Assembly (NCBI GenBank): GCA_963744645.1
Contig: CAVUUN010000014.1
Location: 450,110-514,109 of the forward strand
Direction of reading: 5' to 3'
Origin: an uncultured Acidobacteriota bacterium
GTDB taxonomy: Bacteria > Acidobacteriota > UBA6911 > RPQK01
DNA length: 64,000 nt
Shown here: piece after piece, positions 30,342-39,727 of the stretch
Layout: each line of letters starts with the position of its first letter
How positions within the stretch are numbered: the stretch's first letter is position 1
Notes under the pieces: model-generated
Databases searched by the model: none
Seen by the model: the letters and a program-made list of their open reading frames with translations, nothing else
Told to the model about the DNA's origin: nothing
Program-made: the position numbers and the translations under genes

Positions 30342-31652
30342 ATGCAACCGCTGACTATCCTCGGCGGCGGTCCGGCGGGACTGGCTGTCGCTTACTATGC
30401 ACACCAGGCAGGAATCCCGTTCGTTCTCTACGAACGGTCAGAAAGCGTCGGGGGGCTCTGCCGCACCTTTCGCCTGGGGGAGCACGGATACGACTCCGGC
30501 GCCCACCGCTTTCACGATATCTATCCCGCGATCACCCGAGACGTGCGTCGCCTGCTGGAGCTGCATCCTGTCACTGCTCCCAGTCGCATCTGCAGCAGCG
30601 GGCAGTTTCTCCAGTTCCCGCCGACGCCGCTCAATCTTCTGTTCTCTTCCTCCCCTGCAGAGTGGGCTCGGATCGGCATAGGTCTTTGGCGCGGCCGGAG
30701 GCGGCAAGGGGGCGGGTCCAGCTTCCAGGATTTCGCCGTGTCCCGCTTCGGAGAGAGACTGGCGCGCCGATTCCTCCTGGATTATTCCGCCAAAGTCTGG
30801 GGTTTGCCTGCCGACCAGTTGTCCGTCGATGTTGCAACGCGCCGGCTGAACGGCCTGAATCTGCGAACCCTGGTTTCCGAACTTATTGCCCCGCGAAAGA
30901 GAGCGGGGAACTTGGACGGCCATTTTCTCTATCCGAAGAACGGGTTCGGAGAAATCGCGACGACCCTGGCCGCTGCTCTGCCGCCGGACAGTGTCAAAAC
31001 CGGTCAGGAAGTCACCCGAATCGAGTGCCAGGATGCGGCTGTCCGGCGAATTCATTTTGCCTCCGTTCCGCCGGCCGACGTCCCCGGCCGCATGGTCTCC
31101 ACGCTCCCGCTGAACCTGCTCATTGAGTTCCTTGGGGACGCTGTCTCCGAGACCGTCAGGGAGGCGGCCCGCGCCCTCCGGTTCCGGCACGTGCGGCTGA
31201 TTTTCCTGAGGCTGGGGAAGCCGAGGGTGTCGAACAATGCCTCGATCTACTTCCCGGATCCGAAGATGTGCGTTTCCCGGGTGTGCGAGCCGAAGAATCG
31301 ATCGGCGGCGCTCGCGCCGGCGCAGGAAACGTCGCTTGCGGTGGAAGTGCCCTGTTGCGAAGGAGAGGAATTGTACGTGCTGCCGAACGAAGAGCTGAAG
31401 GAACGGGTCGTATCCGAGGTGAGCGTCACCGGACTAATTCGCCCCTCGGAGGTTCTCGACTGGGCGCACCATTTTCTGGAGAATGCCTATCCGATCTACT
31501 CTCTGCACTACAGGCAACACCAAAAGGTGGTATTGGATGGCCTGGCCTGCCTGACCAATCTCACGACACTCGGCCGGAACGGCAAGTTTTTCTACAGCCA
31601 CTTCCACGATCAGCTGAACATGGGCAAGGAATTCGTGTCCGGATTGAGGTGA
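30342..31652 (+). CDS. FAD-dependent oxidoreductase, UDP-galactopyranose-mutase / amine-oxidase-like
   Basis: GGGPAGLAVAY dinucleotide-binding motif followed by GGLCRT...GAHRFH (compare UGM GPHIFH). An AGGTGA ribosome-binding site 6 nt upstream of the ATG at 30342. Confidence 0.7.
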   Translation: MQPLTILGGGPAGLAVAYYAHQAGIPFVLYERSESVGGLCRTFRLGEHGYDSGAHRFHDIYPAITRDVRRLLELHPVTAPSRICSSGQFLQFPPTPLNLLFSSSPAEWARIGIGLWRGRRRQGGGSSFQDFAVSRFGERLARRFLLDYSAKVWGLPADQLSVDVATRRLNGLNLRTLVSELIAPRKRAGNLDGHFLYPKNGFGEIATTLAAALPPDSVKTGQEVTRIECQDAAVRRIHFASVPPADVPGRMVSTLPLNLLIEFLGDAVSETVREAARALRFRHVRLIFLRLGKPRVSNNASIYFPDPKMCVSRVCEPKNRSAALAPAQETSLAVEVPCCEGEELYVLPNEELKERVVSEVSVTGLIRPSEVLDWAHHFLENAYPIYSLHYRQHQKVVLDGLACLTNLTTLGRNGKFFYSHFHDQLNMGKEFVSGLR

Positions 31653-31719
31653 GCTGGGGCGGCGAGGGTGTCGAAAAGCCTGGCGGCGAAGCTCGCTGAA
31701 CAAACAGCAAGGCGGGCGC

Positions 31720-31770
31720 GTGAGCGAGCTCGAAGGGCAGGGAAGGTTTGAGTCCCGCCTTAGGCGGCGA
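31720..31770. repeat. family-D repeat solo copy
   Basis: GTGAGCGAGCTCGAAGGGCAGGGAAGGTTTGAGTCCCGCCTTAGGCGGCG is ~85% identical to 17057-17107. Confidence 0.65.
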
Positions 31771-31805
31771 ACCGGAAGCGACATCGTTTGGCCTGTCCAC
31801 CTCGC

Positions 31806-33272
31806 CTACCGCCTTCGGACAAAGCTGGGAAACTTGCCGGACTCGGCCGCGGGGATCGCTTCCACGATCTCCACTTCCACCCGGGTCCCCGGTCCCAATA
31901 CTCTGCCGGTAGCCTCGACAAAAGCCCTGGAAAGCTCGGATGGAGAGGCCCCGGCCGCCGGGACGATCTTCCAGAGCAGCAACCCGGGAGGTGTATAGAC
32001 GATCTGAGCCCGGACGGTGAGCCCGATTTGCGCCGCCAGCTGGTGACGAAGCGTCAGCGCGGAAATCACCGTCCCGTCCGCGCGCGGGATGATCTGGCTG
32101 ACCCGTCCCTGCAATTCCCGGAGGACCGGCAGGGAACGGCCGCATCCGCACGGTTCGGTCGCAATGACACCCAAGTCCCCGAGCCGGTAGTTGAGCAATA
32201 CCATCGCCCGGTTGTGGAGATTGGACACGACCAGCTCTCCGACTTCTCCCGGTTTCACGGCCCTTTGGAGCGCGGACGTCTCGTCCGCCCGGTCGGACGA
32301 CGCTTCGGGAGCCCATCCTGCCCGCCCGCCCGCGAACTCCAGCGACTCGTCTCGGGTCGGATTGCGACTCTGCCGCAGTGCGGCGCCTATGCCCGGGTCG
32401 ATCAGACGAACGGCACACAGGTCTACGTTCAGATGAAATCCGCGGCGCCGTTCGCATTGAAACCCCAGTCGACCGGTTTCGGTGGTTTGATACGTCGAGT
32501 AGACAGTGCACCCTTGTTCCTCCATCGTCCGGCGCACCTCGGCCGAGAGAACATCGCCTCCATAGACCCAGACCCGCGGCAGGAAGATTCTCTTGCCGCT
32601 GTCGGAAATTGTCCTGAAGAGAACCTCTGCGAAGGAACCGTAGGAGAACACAATCTCCGGACGAACCTCGTTGATGCGCTGTGCGATTTCGTCGATCGGG
32701 GTATCGGGCGGCAGCTCAATCCGGTGAATGGCCCGCTGGGGCGCGAACATATGCGCTTCTACAAACCGTCTCACGCGCCCGGCGCCGTAGCCCATGATGT
32801 GGAGCTGCCTTTGCCCCCAGTTTTTGCCCGCGATCGTGGCCAGAATCACCCGGTCGCGCTCGGCGTGGGCAACCTTCGCGAGCACCGCCGAGTGATCCCA
32901 GTAGACCCGCAGTGCGAAACCCTGGGACGAACCGGATGTCTTGAGGCAGAGACGCCTGCTGTCCGGGTACAGGGAAGAACAGAACGTTTCTGGATCCTGC
33001 GCCACGTCGGACAGATCGATCAGTGGCAGCTTGGCGAGGTCGTCCGCTGTCCTGAAGTCCGAAGGTCGCAGTCCCCTCTCAGCCATTGCATTCCGATAGA
33101 ACGGGACCGTCTCCCAAGCGTGGCGGATGATTCTCCGCAACCGCCATCGCTGCAGGCGCTCGATCGTTTCCGGCTTTAGAAAGGGAACGCGCCGCTCGAC
33201 CAATGCGTAGGCGCCTACCCAGGCGGTGTTGCCGGCGCGCACCAGCGCAGAGACGGGGCCAGACTCGGACAT
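31806..33272 (-). CDS. PaaK/CapK/F390-synthetase-family adenylate-forming enzyme (copy 2)
   Basis: TSGSSQG adenylation motif and PaaK-like architecture. A divergent paralogue of 27621-28928. Confidence 0.75.
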   Translation of the reverse strand: MSESGPVSALVRAGNTAWVGAYALVERRVPFLKPETIERLQRWRLRRIIRHAWETVPFYRNAMAERGLRPSDFRTADDLAKLPLIDLSDVAQDPETFCSSLYPDSRRLCLKTSGSSQGFALRVYWDHSAVLAKVAHAERDRVILATIAGKNWGQRQLHIMGYGAGRVRRFVEAHMFAPQRAIHRIELPPDTPIDEIAQRINEVRPEIVFSYGSFAEVLFRTISDSGKRIFLPRVWVYGGDVLSAEVRRTMEEQGCTVYSTYQTTETGRLGFQCERRRGFHLNVDLCAVRLIDPGIGAALRQSRNPTRDESLEFAGGRAGWAPEASSDRADETSALQRAVKPGEVGELVVSNLHNRAMVLLNYRLGDLGVIATEPCGCGRSLPVLRELQGRVSQIIPRADGTVISALTLRHQLAAQIGLTVRAQIVYTPPGLLLWKIVPAAGASPSELSRAFVEATGRVLGPGTRVEVEIVEAIPAAESGKFPSFVRRR

Positions 33273-33380
33273 TCGTGTTCGCTCCCGACCTAATTCTGGG
33301 TCTTCAGCCCTCGGTCATCAATCCGAAAATCGGGAACACGGCCCAGCGGGGCGGCGGAGCAGTGCTAAACTGTCGTCGCT

Positions 33381-34663
33381 TTGAAGCTCACACTGGATCC
33401 GGCAACTTCGCGCGCTTGCGCCCCAGCCACCAAAGGACTGGTTGCAATCGCCGGGGTTTATTTCATTTCCCTCTTCCTGCAGCTGCCGATATCGGACGCC
33501 CTGCTGTCCGGGATCCCGCATTGGAGGATCGGCAAGGGTGCGGTTGCCCCACCCATGGTACTCTCCGGCGATTCCCCCCATTACCTGGTCCTTGTCAACA
33601 GCATCATCGAGGATGGGGATCTTGATCTGGCCAACAATTACAGCCAGGCCGCGGCTGGCGGCTGGCAAGCAGGGGCGCGTTTCCGGGGAGTGGCCCTGGA
33701 CCACCATACCGAGGTCGATAGCGAGGGAAGGGAACGGTCCCTGCATTCGATTTTCCTTCCATTGCTCCTGTCGCTCATCGCCTGGCCATTTTCCGGCACT
33801 CGATGGGTTGAGCCCGTCTGTATCTGCCTGACGATGGGGGCGACCGTCCTCGCTCTCTGGTTGTTCGCGAGAAGAAGCGGGAAGGCTTTTGGCTGGGTGG
33901 TCGTACTTGCCGTCGCGACGCCTCTCTGGTGTTACTCCAGGGACATCTGGACCGAGCCATGGCTGACCGCCGCCTGGATTGGTCTTCTTTTCGTGCAGAG
34001 TCTTCCGGTCCTCTTCGCCGTGGCACTTGCAGGGACACTGATCAAGTACAACTTCGTCCTGGTCCCGCTCAGCATGGCAGTCGTTTTCTGGCTGAGACGC
34101 GACCGGCGCCGGGCTTCGTGCTTGCCGGAGCGGGTATCCTCGGAGTATTGATCGCCGTGGCCGCGGTTCAGTACTTGTTCCGCGACGTGGACCATTTCAA
34201 CCTCTTTCACCTCGGCGGTCATTACCACGGCGCCGACGCCACGCTGCGTCAGAGAATCGTGCCCTTGAAATTTCTTCAACCGACGGGGCTGGTTGGCATG
34301 CTTTTTGACCCGCAAGCAGGTCTCCTGCCGTTCTTCCCGTTTCTGGCCTGGGGCCTCTGGCAAATCCGAAAGGGCGGCTATCTGTTCGTTCCCGTCATTG
34401 TCTTCTTCCTTGTTCTTGGCGCCTACCCGGGATGGACTGGAGGAGCCGGATTTTCGTCGCGGTACCTGGTGCCGGTCCTTCCGGCCCTGGTCATCGCCGT
34501 CGCTGATGCAAAACCCCGCAGCTACTTCTTCGGGCTGGCATTGCTTTACGGTGCATTCTGGGGTGCGCTCGCCGGCATAGGGCCGGCGTATGTCTACGAA
34601 CGCACGCCTGTCCAGATCACTGCCGCTATCCTCAGGCGGCTGTCTGCGCTGGCTGGTATCTGA
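33381..34663 (+). pseudogene. polytopic membrane protein (possible GT-C-fold glycosyltransferase or glycan polymerase-like), interrupted by a frameshift or split into two genes
   Basis: The TM-rich ORF 33381-34151 ends in RRDRRRAS... The TM-rich sequence resumes in another frame (ORF 33929-34663, ...PAPGFVLAGAGILGVLIAVA...). The switch lies at ~34090-34115. Confidence 0.45.
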
Positions 34664-34707
34664 CGGGGCTGTTACTGAGGACGCCTGTCGGCTGGAGGCT
34701 GATTGTT

Positions 34708-36558
34708 GTGTGTGGAATCGCAGGAATTGTTCATTGTCACCTGCCTCCTGATCAGTTGAGGGCCGCGCTTGTCCGCATGGAGCAGTCACTTATCCACCGG
34801 GGGCCCGACGAAGGCAACGTCGTGGTATTCCCCGATGGCTCGGGCGGATTTGCTGCCCGTCGCCTCAGTCTCCTCGACCTGCGGAATGGAAGCCAACCGA
34901 TACCCAACGAGGACGGCACGGTCCACGTCCTGCACAACGGCGAGATTTACAATCACCGGGGTCTCAGGGAGGAGCTCCAGGCGCGAGGCCATTGCCTCCG
35001 GAGCCGGACCGACAGCGAGGTTATCGCGCATCTCTACGAAGACGACGGTGTTGAGTGCCTCCATCGCCTGCATGGGATGTTCGCGCTGGCCTTGTACGAT
35101 GCTCGAAAGCGGCAGCTTCTACTCGCCAGGGACGGGCCCGGCATGAAGCCGCTGTACTTTGCCAACACCCGAGCAGGATTTCTCTTCGCCTCGGAGGCCA
35201 GGGCCCTGTTTGCCTCTGGCCTGATCCGTCCTGAACCGGAGCTCCCTGCCATAGACACCTACCTTGCTATCGGTTACGTGCCCGCCCCGGCGTGCGCTTT
35301 TCGAAATGTCGGGAAGCTTAGGGCCGGCCATTACCTGCTGGTAGAAAAGGAAAAAATGCGGGACGCGGCCTTCTCGCGCTACGAGTATCGCCAGCCGAGT
35401 CCTGCGAAGAGCGACGCGGAGTACGGGGCCGAGCTGGAGGCGCTTCTTTCCGGCGCGGTTCGCTCTCATCTTGCGGCCGATGTCCCCGTGGGGGCCCTGT
35501 TAAGCGGAGGTTGGGACTCGTCTCTGATAGCGACCCTGGCAGCCCGGAGCATGGGAGCACCTCTGAAGACTTTCTCCATTGTCTTTCCTGAGGACCCTGA
35601 GGCGGACGAAAGCCGCTTCTCGCGCGCGATGGCGGAATCGCTCGGCAGCGATCACCACGAGATCGAGTACCGAAATTCCCTGCTGCCGGCACTTATCCCG
35701 AAAATGTCCCGTGACCTGGAGGAACCGTGTGCAAATGTTCCAACGGGGGTCGTTTCTCTGCTTGCTTCCCTGGCCGGCGCCCACGTGAAGTCCGTAGTCA
35801 GCGGCGAAGGAGCCGATGAATTGTTTGGCGGCTACAAATTCTTTCGCATTCGTTCCCCGTACCTCGCTCGAGCCGTTCTCCCCAGGTCTCTCGCCCGTTT
35901 CGCGGCGACCTGGCTCCCGCATCCGCTCGTCCGGTGCGCCTTGAGAGTCGCGGCGGCCCCGGACGAAAGGACTGGAGATCCGGAGTGGTTTCGAATGTTC
36001 TCTCCCGAGGAGAAACGGATGGTCCTGAAACCGGAGTTTCAGGTGGACGGACCGGATGTCTCCCCCACGCTGGTCGAACGCGAAACCCTCGTAACCTGCG
36101 TCGACAGGCTCCAGCGCCGCCTGGCCTTCGATCTTACCGGTCGTTTGGCCGACGGCATTCTCTTCATGGCCGACAAGGTCGCGATGTCGCACTCTCTCGA
36201 AGTGCGGATGCCTTTCCTGGACCGTTCTGTCGTGGAATTTGCCATGCGGCTCCCGTCCCATCTGAAGGTGAACGGGAGGCAAGGGAAGGTCATCCTGAGA
36301 CCACTCGCGAGCCGGCTCCTGCCGCCCGCTATCGCCTCGCGGCGCAAGAAAGGACTCGCCTATCCGGACCGAGCCTGGTCCAAGCCACCGCTTGACCGCT
36401 ACGCCCGCGACCTGCTCCTCGGAGGCGGCCGTAACGGCCCATTCAATACCCGGTACCTGGAACAGAACCTTCCGCGCTGGCAGCGGGCCGCTTGGAAGGG
36501 AGAACGACGAATCGCCGGGCTGGTTTTCCTCCAGAGCTGGTGGAACGAGTTCTGCTGA
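34708..36558 (+). CDS. asparagine synthetase-family glutamine amidotransferase (AsnB/WbpS/beta-lactam-synthetase-like)
   Basis: MCGIAG N-terminal nucleophile, SGGWDSS PP-loop, 616 aa. Confidence 0.85.
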   Translation: MCGIAGIVHCHLPPDQLRAALVRMEQSLIHRGPDEGNVVVFPDGSGGFAARRLSLLDLRNGSQPIPNEDGTVHVLHNGEIYNHRGLREELQARGHCLRSRTDSEVIAHLYEDDGVECLHRLHGMFALALYDARKRQLLLARDGPGMKPLYFANTRAGFLFASEARALFASGLIRPEPELPAIDTYLAIGYVPAPACAFRNVGKLRAGHYLLVEKEKMRDAAFSRYEYRQPSPAKSDAEYGAELEALLSGAVRSHLAADVPVGALLSGGWDSSLIATLAARSMGAPLKTFSIVFPEDPEADESRFSRAMAESLGSDHHEIEYRNSLLPALIPKMSRDLEEPCANVPTGVVSLLASLAGAHVKSVVSGEGADELFGGYKFFRIRSPYLARAVLPRSLARFAATWLPHPLVRCALRVAAAPDERTGDPEWFRMFSPEEKRMVLKPEFQVDGPDVSPTLVERETLVTCVDRLQRRLAFDLTGRLADGILFMADKVAMSHSLEVRMPFLDRSVVEFAMRLPSHLKVNGRQGKVILRPLASRLLPPAIASRRKKGLAYPDRAWSKPPLDRYARDLLLGGGRNGPFNTRYLEQNLPRWQRAAWKGERRIAGLVFLQSWWNEFC

Positions 36559-36565
36559 CTCACCC

Positions 36566-36665
36566 TTAGTCTCCCCGTTTTGGTCTCCCCGTCTCCTAGT
36601 CTCGTCTCCTTGTCTCCTGTCTCTGTCTCCCCCTCCTCCTTCTCCCCGTCTCCCCGTCTCTCCCT
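36566..36665. repeat. pyrimidine-rich heptamer array (GTCTCCY-type), inverse of 24784-24811
   Basis: tagtctccccgttttggtctccccgtctcctagtctcgtctccttgtctcctgtctctgtctccccctcctccttctccccgtctccccgtctc read directly. Confidence 0.75.
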
Positions 36666-36709
36666 TCGTATGTTATTGTCTTCATTCAGCGGAAGGAGTA
36701 CTGGCGCCC

Positions 36710-37402
36710 ATGTACATTCTGGCAATTGACACGGCGACGAATGCCGGCGGGGTTGCGCTCGGTCGTAACAATGAGCTCGTCGCCCTCTGGATGTCCAAAT
36801 CGCCTCTCCGCTATTCCGAAAGTCTCATCTCCTGGGTCGATTTTGTTCTGGCGCAGGAACGGCTCCAGCTTTCCGACATCGGTTGTTTTGCGGTCACGGT
36901 CGGACCCGGGTCTTTTACGGGGCTGCGGATCGGACTGGCGGCCGTCAAGGCTTTCAGCCAGGTTCTCGGTCGCCCGGTCTTTGGCGTTTCGACACTGCAC
37001 GCCCTGGCGCACCGTTTCCGCCATTCCGGGCAGCACATCGTGCCTCTGATCGACGCCCGCCGCCAGCAGGTTTACGCGGCCGTGTACCGCGCCGACGAAA
37101 CCGGTTGTTCGCTTGTCGGCGAGGAGGCGGTTGCCCGGCCGGATCAGTGGCTGGACACGCTTCCGCGCGACCGCCAATATGTGTTCGTAGGTGATGGTGC
37201 CGTCTTGTATAAGTCGACGATCTCGGCTCTCCTCCCTGGCCATCGTCTCCTCGAGTCCGACAATTCAGTTCTTCGGGAATTGGTTGATCTGGCTCAACTC
37301 TGGTCGGCAGCCGGCAATCAGGGGCAGGGATTCAACCTGAAGGGAAACTACCTGCGGCCGCCCGACGCCAAGCTGCCACATCCGCGCGGGGACCATGAGT
37401 AA
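36710..37402 (+). CDS. tsaB: tRNA threonylcarbamoyladenosine biosynthesis protein TsaB (YeaZ)
   Basis: MYILAIDTATNAGGVAL N-terminus and ~230 aa. A GGAAGGAG ribosome-binding site upstream. Followed by rimI, as is usual. Confidence 0.85.
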   Translation: MYILAIDTATNAGGVALGRNNELVALWMSKSPLRYSESLISWVDFVLAQERLQLSDIGCFAVTVGPGSFTGLRIGLAAVKAFSQVLGRPVFGVSTLHALAHRFRHSGQHIVPLIDARRQQVYAAVYRADETGCSLVGEEAVARPDQWLDTLPRDRQYVFVGDGAVLYKSTISALLPGHRLLESDNSVLRELVDLAQLWSAAGNQGQGFNLKGNYLRPPDAKLPHPRGDHE

Positions 37403-37871
37403 CCGGCTGCCACCCGGGGATCTGGTCATACGCGCGGCACGGTCGACGGACATCCACGCGATCTGCGAGCTTGACCGCATCACTCTCCTGAGCAAGTGGA
37501 GCCCCGAGATGTACAGGACCCTGATGACCGATGGCCGGTCCGAGCTCCGGGTGGCGTCCATGGGGGAGCGTCTGATCGGATTTCACGCTGTCACCAAGGT
37601 TCACCCGGACATTGAATTGCTCAAGATCGGCGTCACACCTGAATTCCAGGGAACGGGCGTCGGAATGGCGCTGCTGGACGATGTGCTCGGGCAAGCACGA
37701 TCCCATGGTTTCTCGAGTTGTTTTCTTGAGGTGAGAGCGAGCAACAACCGGGCCATTCGCTTCTACCGCAAAAGGGGCTTTGAAGTGGTCGGGGTGCGTC
37801 GGGCCTATTACCGGGAACCGATCGAGGACGCGCTCGTCATGCGCAAGGACATCGGCGTTTCGGGGACATAA
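37395..37871 (+). CDS. rimI: ribosomal-protein-alanine N-acetyltransferase (GNAT)
   Basis: GNAT motif (IGV...QGTGVGMALL) in the tsaB-rimI arrangement. The last 5 codons and the TAA lie inside the MITE terminal inverted repeat. Confidence 0.75.
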   Translation: MSNRLPPGDLVIRAARSTDIHAICELDRITLLSKWSPEMYRTLMTDGRSELRVASMGERLIGFHAVTKVHPDIELLKIGVTPEFQGTGVGMALLDDVLGQARSHGFSSCFLEVRASNNRAIRFYRKRGFEVVGVRRAYYREPIEDALVMRKDIGVSGT

Positions 37872-37939
37872 TACTTAATTCCCTCCCCGCGACCGAGCTG
37901 TGGCCGTTGGCCAAGGAATTAAGTTTTGTGTCCCCGAAA
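37858..37939. repeat. MITE-like element copy 4, overlapping the rimI stop codon
   Basis: Termini identical to the other copies. A partial right-half duplicate lies at 37992-38031. Confidence 0.8.
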
Positions 37940-38161
37940 CTCATTCCACTGGATGCTTAGATCTCTCGTCCCAGCAGCGCATCCAACCAACCGTTGGCCA
38001 AGGAATTAAGTTTTGTGTCCCCGAAACTCCTCCACGCGCGGGCGGCACTCCTTGCTGGATACCCCCGCCCATCCCTCCCCGGCAACCGCCGCCGTTTCTT
38101 TTGACCTATAATGTTCGATGCCTTCAACCGGTAGAGTAGACTCAAGGGACGGCCGCCGGTC

Positions 38162-39727
38162 GTGAGGGGTACCGGGAATTCGGAAGAGGTAGACCTGACA
38201 ATGGATATAGGTGTGCTGTCTGGTCAGCTGGAAGGCGTCATTTTGGACCGTTGCGACGGAGTTCGCATCGACGTCACCGGGAACTGTAATTTGCGGTGTC
38301 CCTACTGCATCAACGATTTCACCCAGATCGACGGCAACGTTCTGATGACCGAGGAGGTGTTTGACCGAAGCGTCCAACTCCTGCCTCTGCTGAGACCCGG
38401 CGGGCATCTGCTCTTCTCGTGCTATTTCGAACCGACGCTGCACCCGCGGTTTCTCGACTTTCTTGAGAGCGTGCCCGAGCAGTACCGGCAGCAGGCCGGT
38501 TTCACGACGAACCTTGCCCGACGGCTGCCCGACACCTTTTTCGCGCACCTCGGCCGGCTTGGTCTCCGGCACGTGAACGTCTCGCTCGACTCGCTTACCC
38601 CAGCCGTTTTCGAGGAGATGCGGAATCCTGCCCGTTTCGGCGTCTTTCGGGATAACCTCGAACGGCTGGTCGAAGCCCTCGGGAGTGGGGGGCAGGGAAC
38701 CGAGCTCCACATAATAACAATGGTCAGCAAACGGAACCTGGGGGAGATTCCGGAGCTCGTGGACCATTGCGCGACACTCTACAAGGCTCGGCGCCATGAA
38801 ATCCGCGGGATCTGGATGACGGAGGAAATTGAGCGACGGCCATGGATCGTCCAGCAAGCGCCGTCGCTGGACGAACTTCTGGACCTGCGTCGACGCCTTA
38901 TGAGTGGCCCGCGCACGCATGTCGATTTCGTCGTGGATCTGCCGGAAAACCCGGAGGCATTCAGTCCTTTCCCCCATCGCCGCCCGGACGAACCCACCCG
39001 TGACGCCGGTCTGTCGGTTCCCCGGTCCAATGCGACCAGTATTCAAGTGGAAGGGGGACCCACCCCCGGAAACCGCCTCCTGGACGTCCTGCAGGGTCCA
39101 CCGGTGACGCCGGTTCTGCAGATCAGTTCGGACGGCTCCATTCGCTTCCTGATCGCCGGCCGTGACCCGGTGCTCGACCTGAAGAACCATCCTCTGCCGT
39201 TGGACCCGGTGAGCAGGCTGCTCAGGCGCCAGAACGTCGATTTCGGACGTGCTCGCCTGCTCGATGAGGCGAGGCGGGAAGTCCTCGGCCTGAGGCGCGT
39301 GATCAAGGTCAACGAGTGGCTCGCCGAAAACCGGGTTGACCTGGACGGACGATCGACGCATTTCGTTGGACGAATGGATGACGTCAAGATTGTGGAAGCG
39401 AGCGCCGGGCTTGCGGGCGGATACCGGGCGTCCGGCTGGGCGAGGAAGCCGGACGGAACTGCACCGGCCGACGAAGTCCTGCTCATACTCCGGAAGGGGA
39501 ATCGCCGCTGGGCGGTTGGCTCGGGAACTCCCGACCGACAGAGATTCGACGTGGCTGATAACTTCTCCGAATCGCGCCTTCTATACACCGGGTGGGAGGC
39601 ACGACTGCATCTGGATGCCCTCGCGGACTCCCTTCCGGCCCGCTTTAGTCTAGCCGCTTATGTCCTGGATGCCGAGAAACGGATTGCCTACAAACTCGAT
39701 GGGGAGCGTGATGTTGAACTCGACTGA
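38162..39727 (+). CDS. radical SAM protein with a long uncharacterised C-terminal region
   Basis: CNLRCPYC cluster near the N-terminus, 521 aa. No SPASM-type cysteine pattern is obvious in the C-terminal half. Confidence 0.7.
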   Translation: MRGTGNSEEVDLTMDIGVLSGQLEGVILDRCDGVRIDVTGNCNLRCPYCINDFTQIDGNVLMTEEVFDRSVQLLPLLRPGGHLLFSCYFEPTLHPRFLDFLESVPEQYRQQAGFTTNLARRLPDTFFAHLGRLGLRHVNVSLDSLTPAVFEEMRNPARFGVFRDNLERLVEALGSGGQGTELHIITMVSKRNLGEIPELVDHCATLYKARRHEIRGIWMTEEIERRPWIVQQAPSLDELLDLRRRLMSGPRTHVDFVVDLPENPEAFSPFPHRRPDEPTRDAGLSVPRSNATSIQVEGGPTPGNRLLDVLQGPPVTPVLQISSDGSIRFLIAGRDPVLDLKNHPLPLDPVSRLLRRQNVDFGRARLLDEARREVLGLRRVIKVNEWLAENRVDLDGRSTHFVGRMDDVKIVEASAGLAGGYRASGWARKPDGTAPADEVLLILRKGNRRWAVGSGTPDRQRFDVADNFSESRLLYTGWEARLHLDALADSLPARFSLAAYVLDAEKRIAYKLDGERDVELD

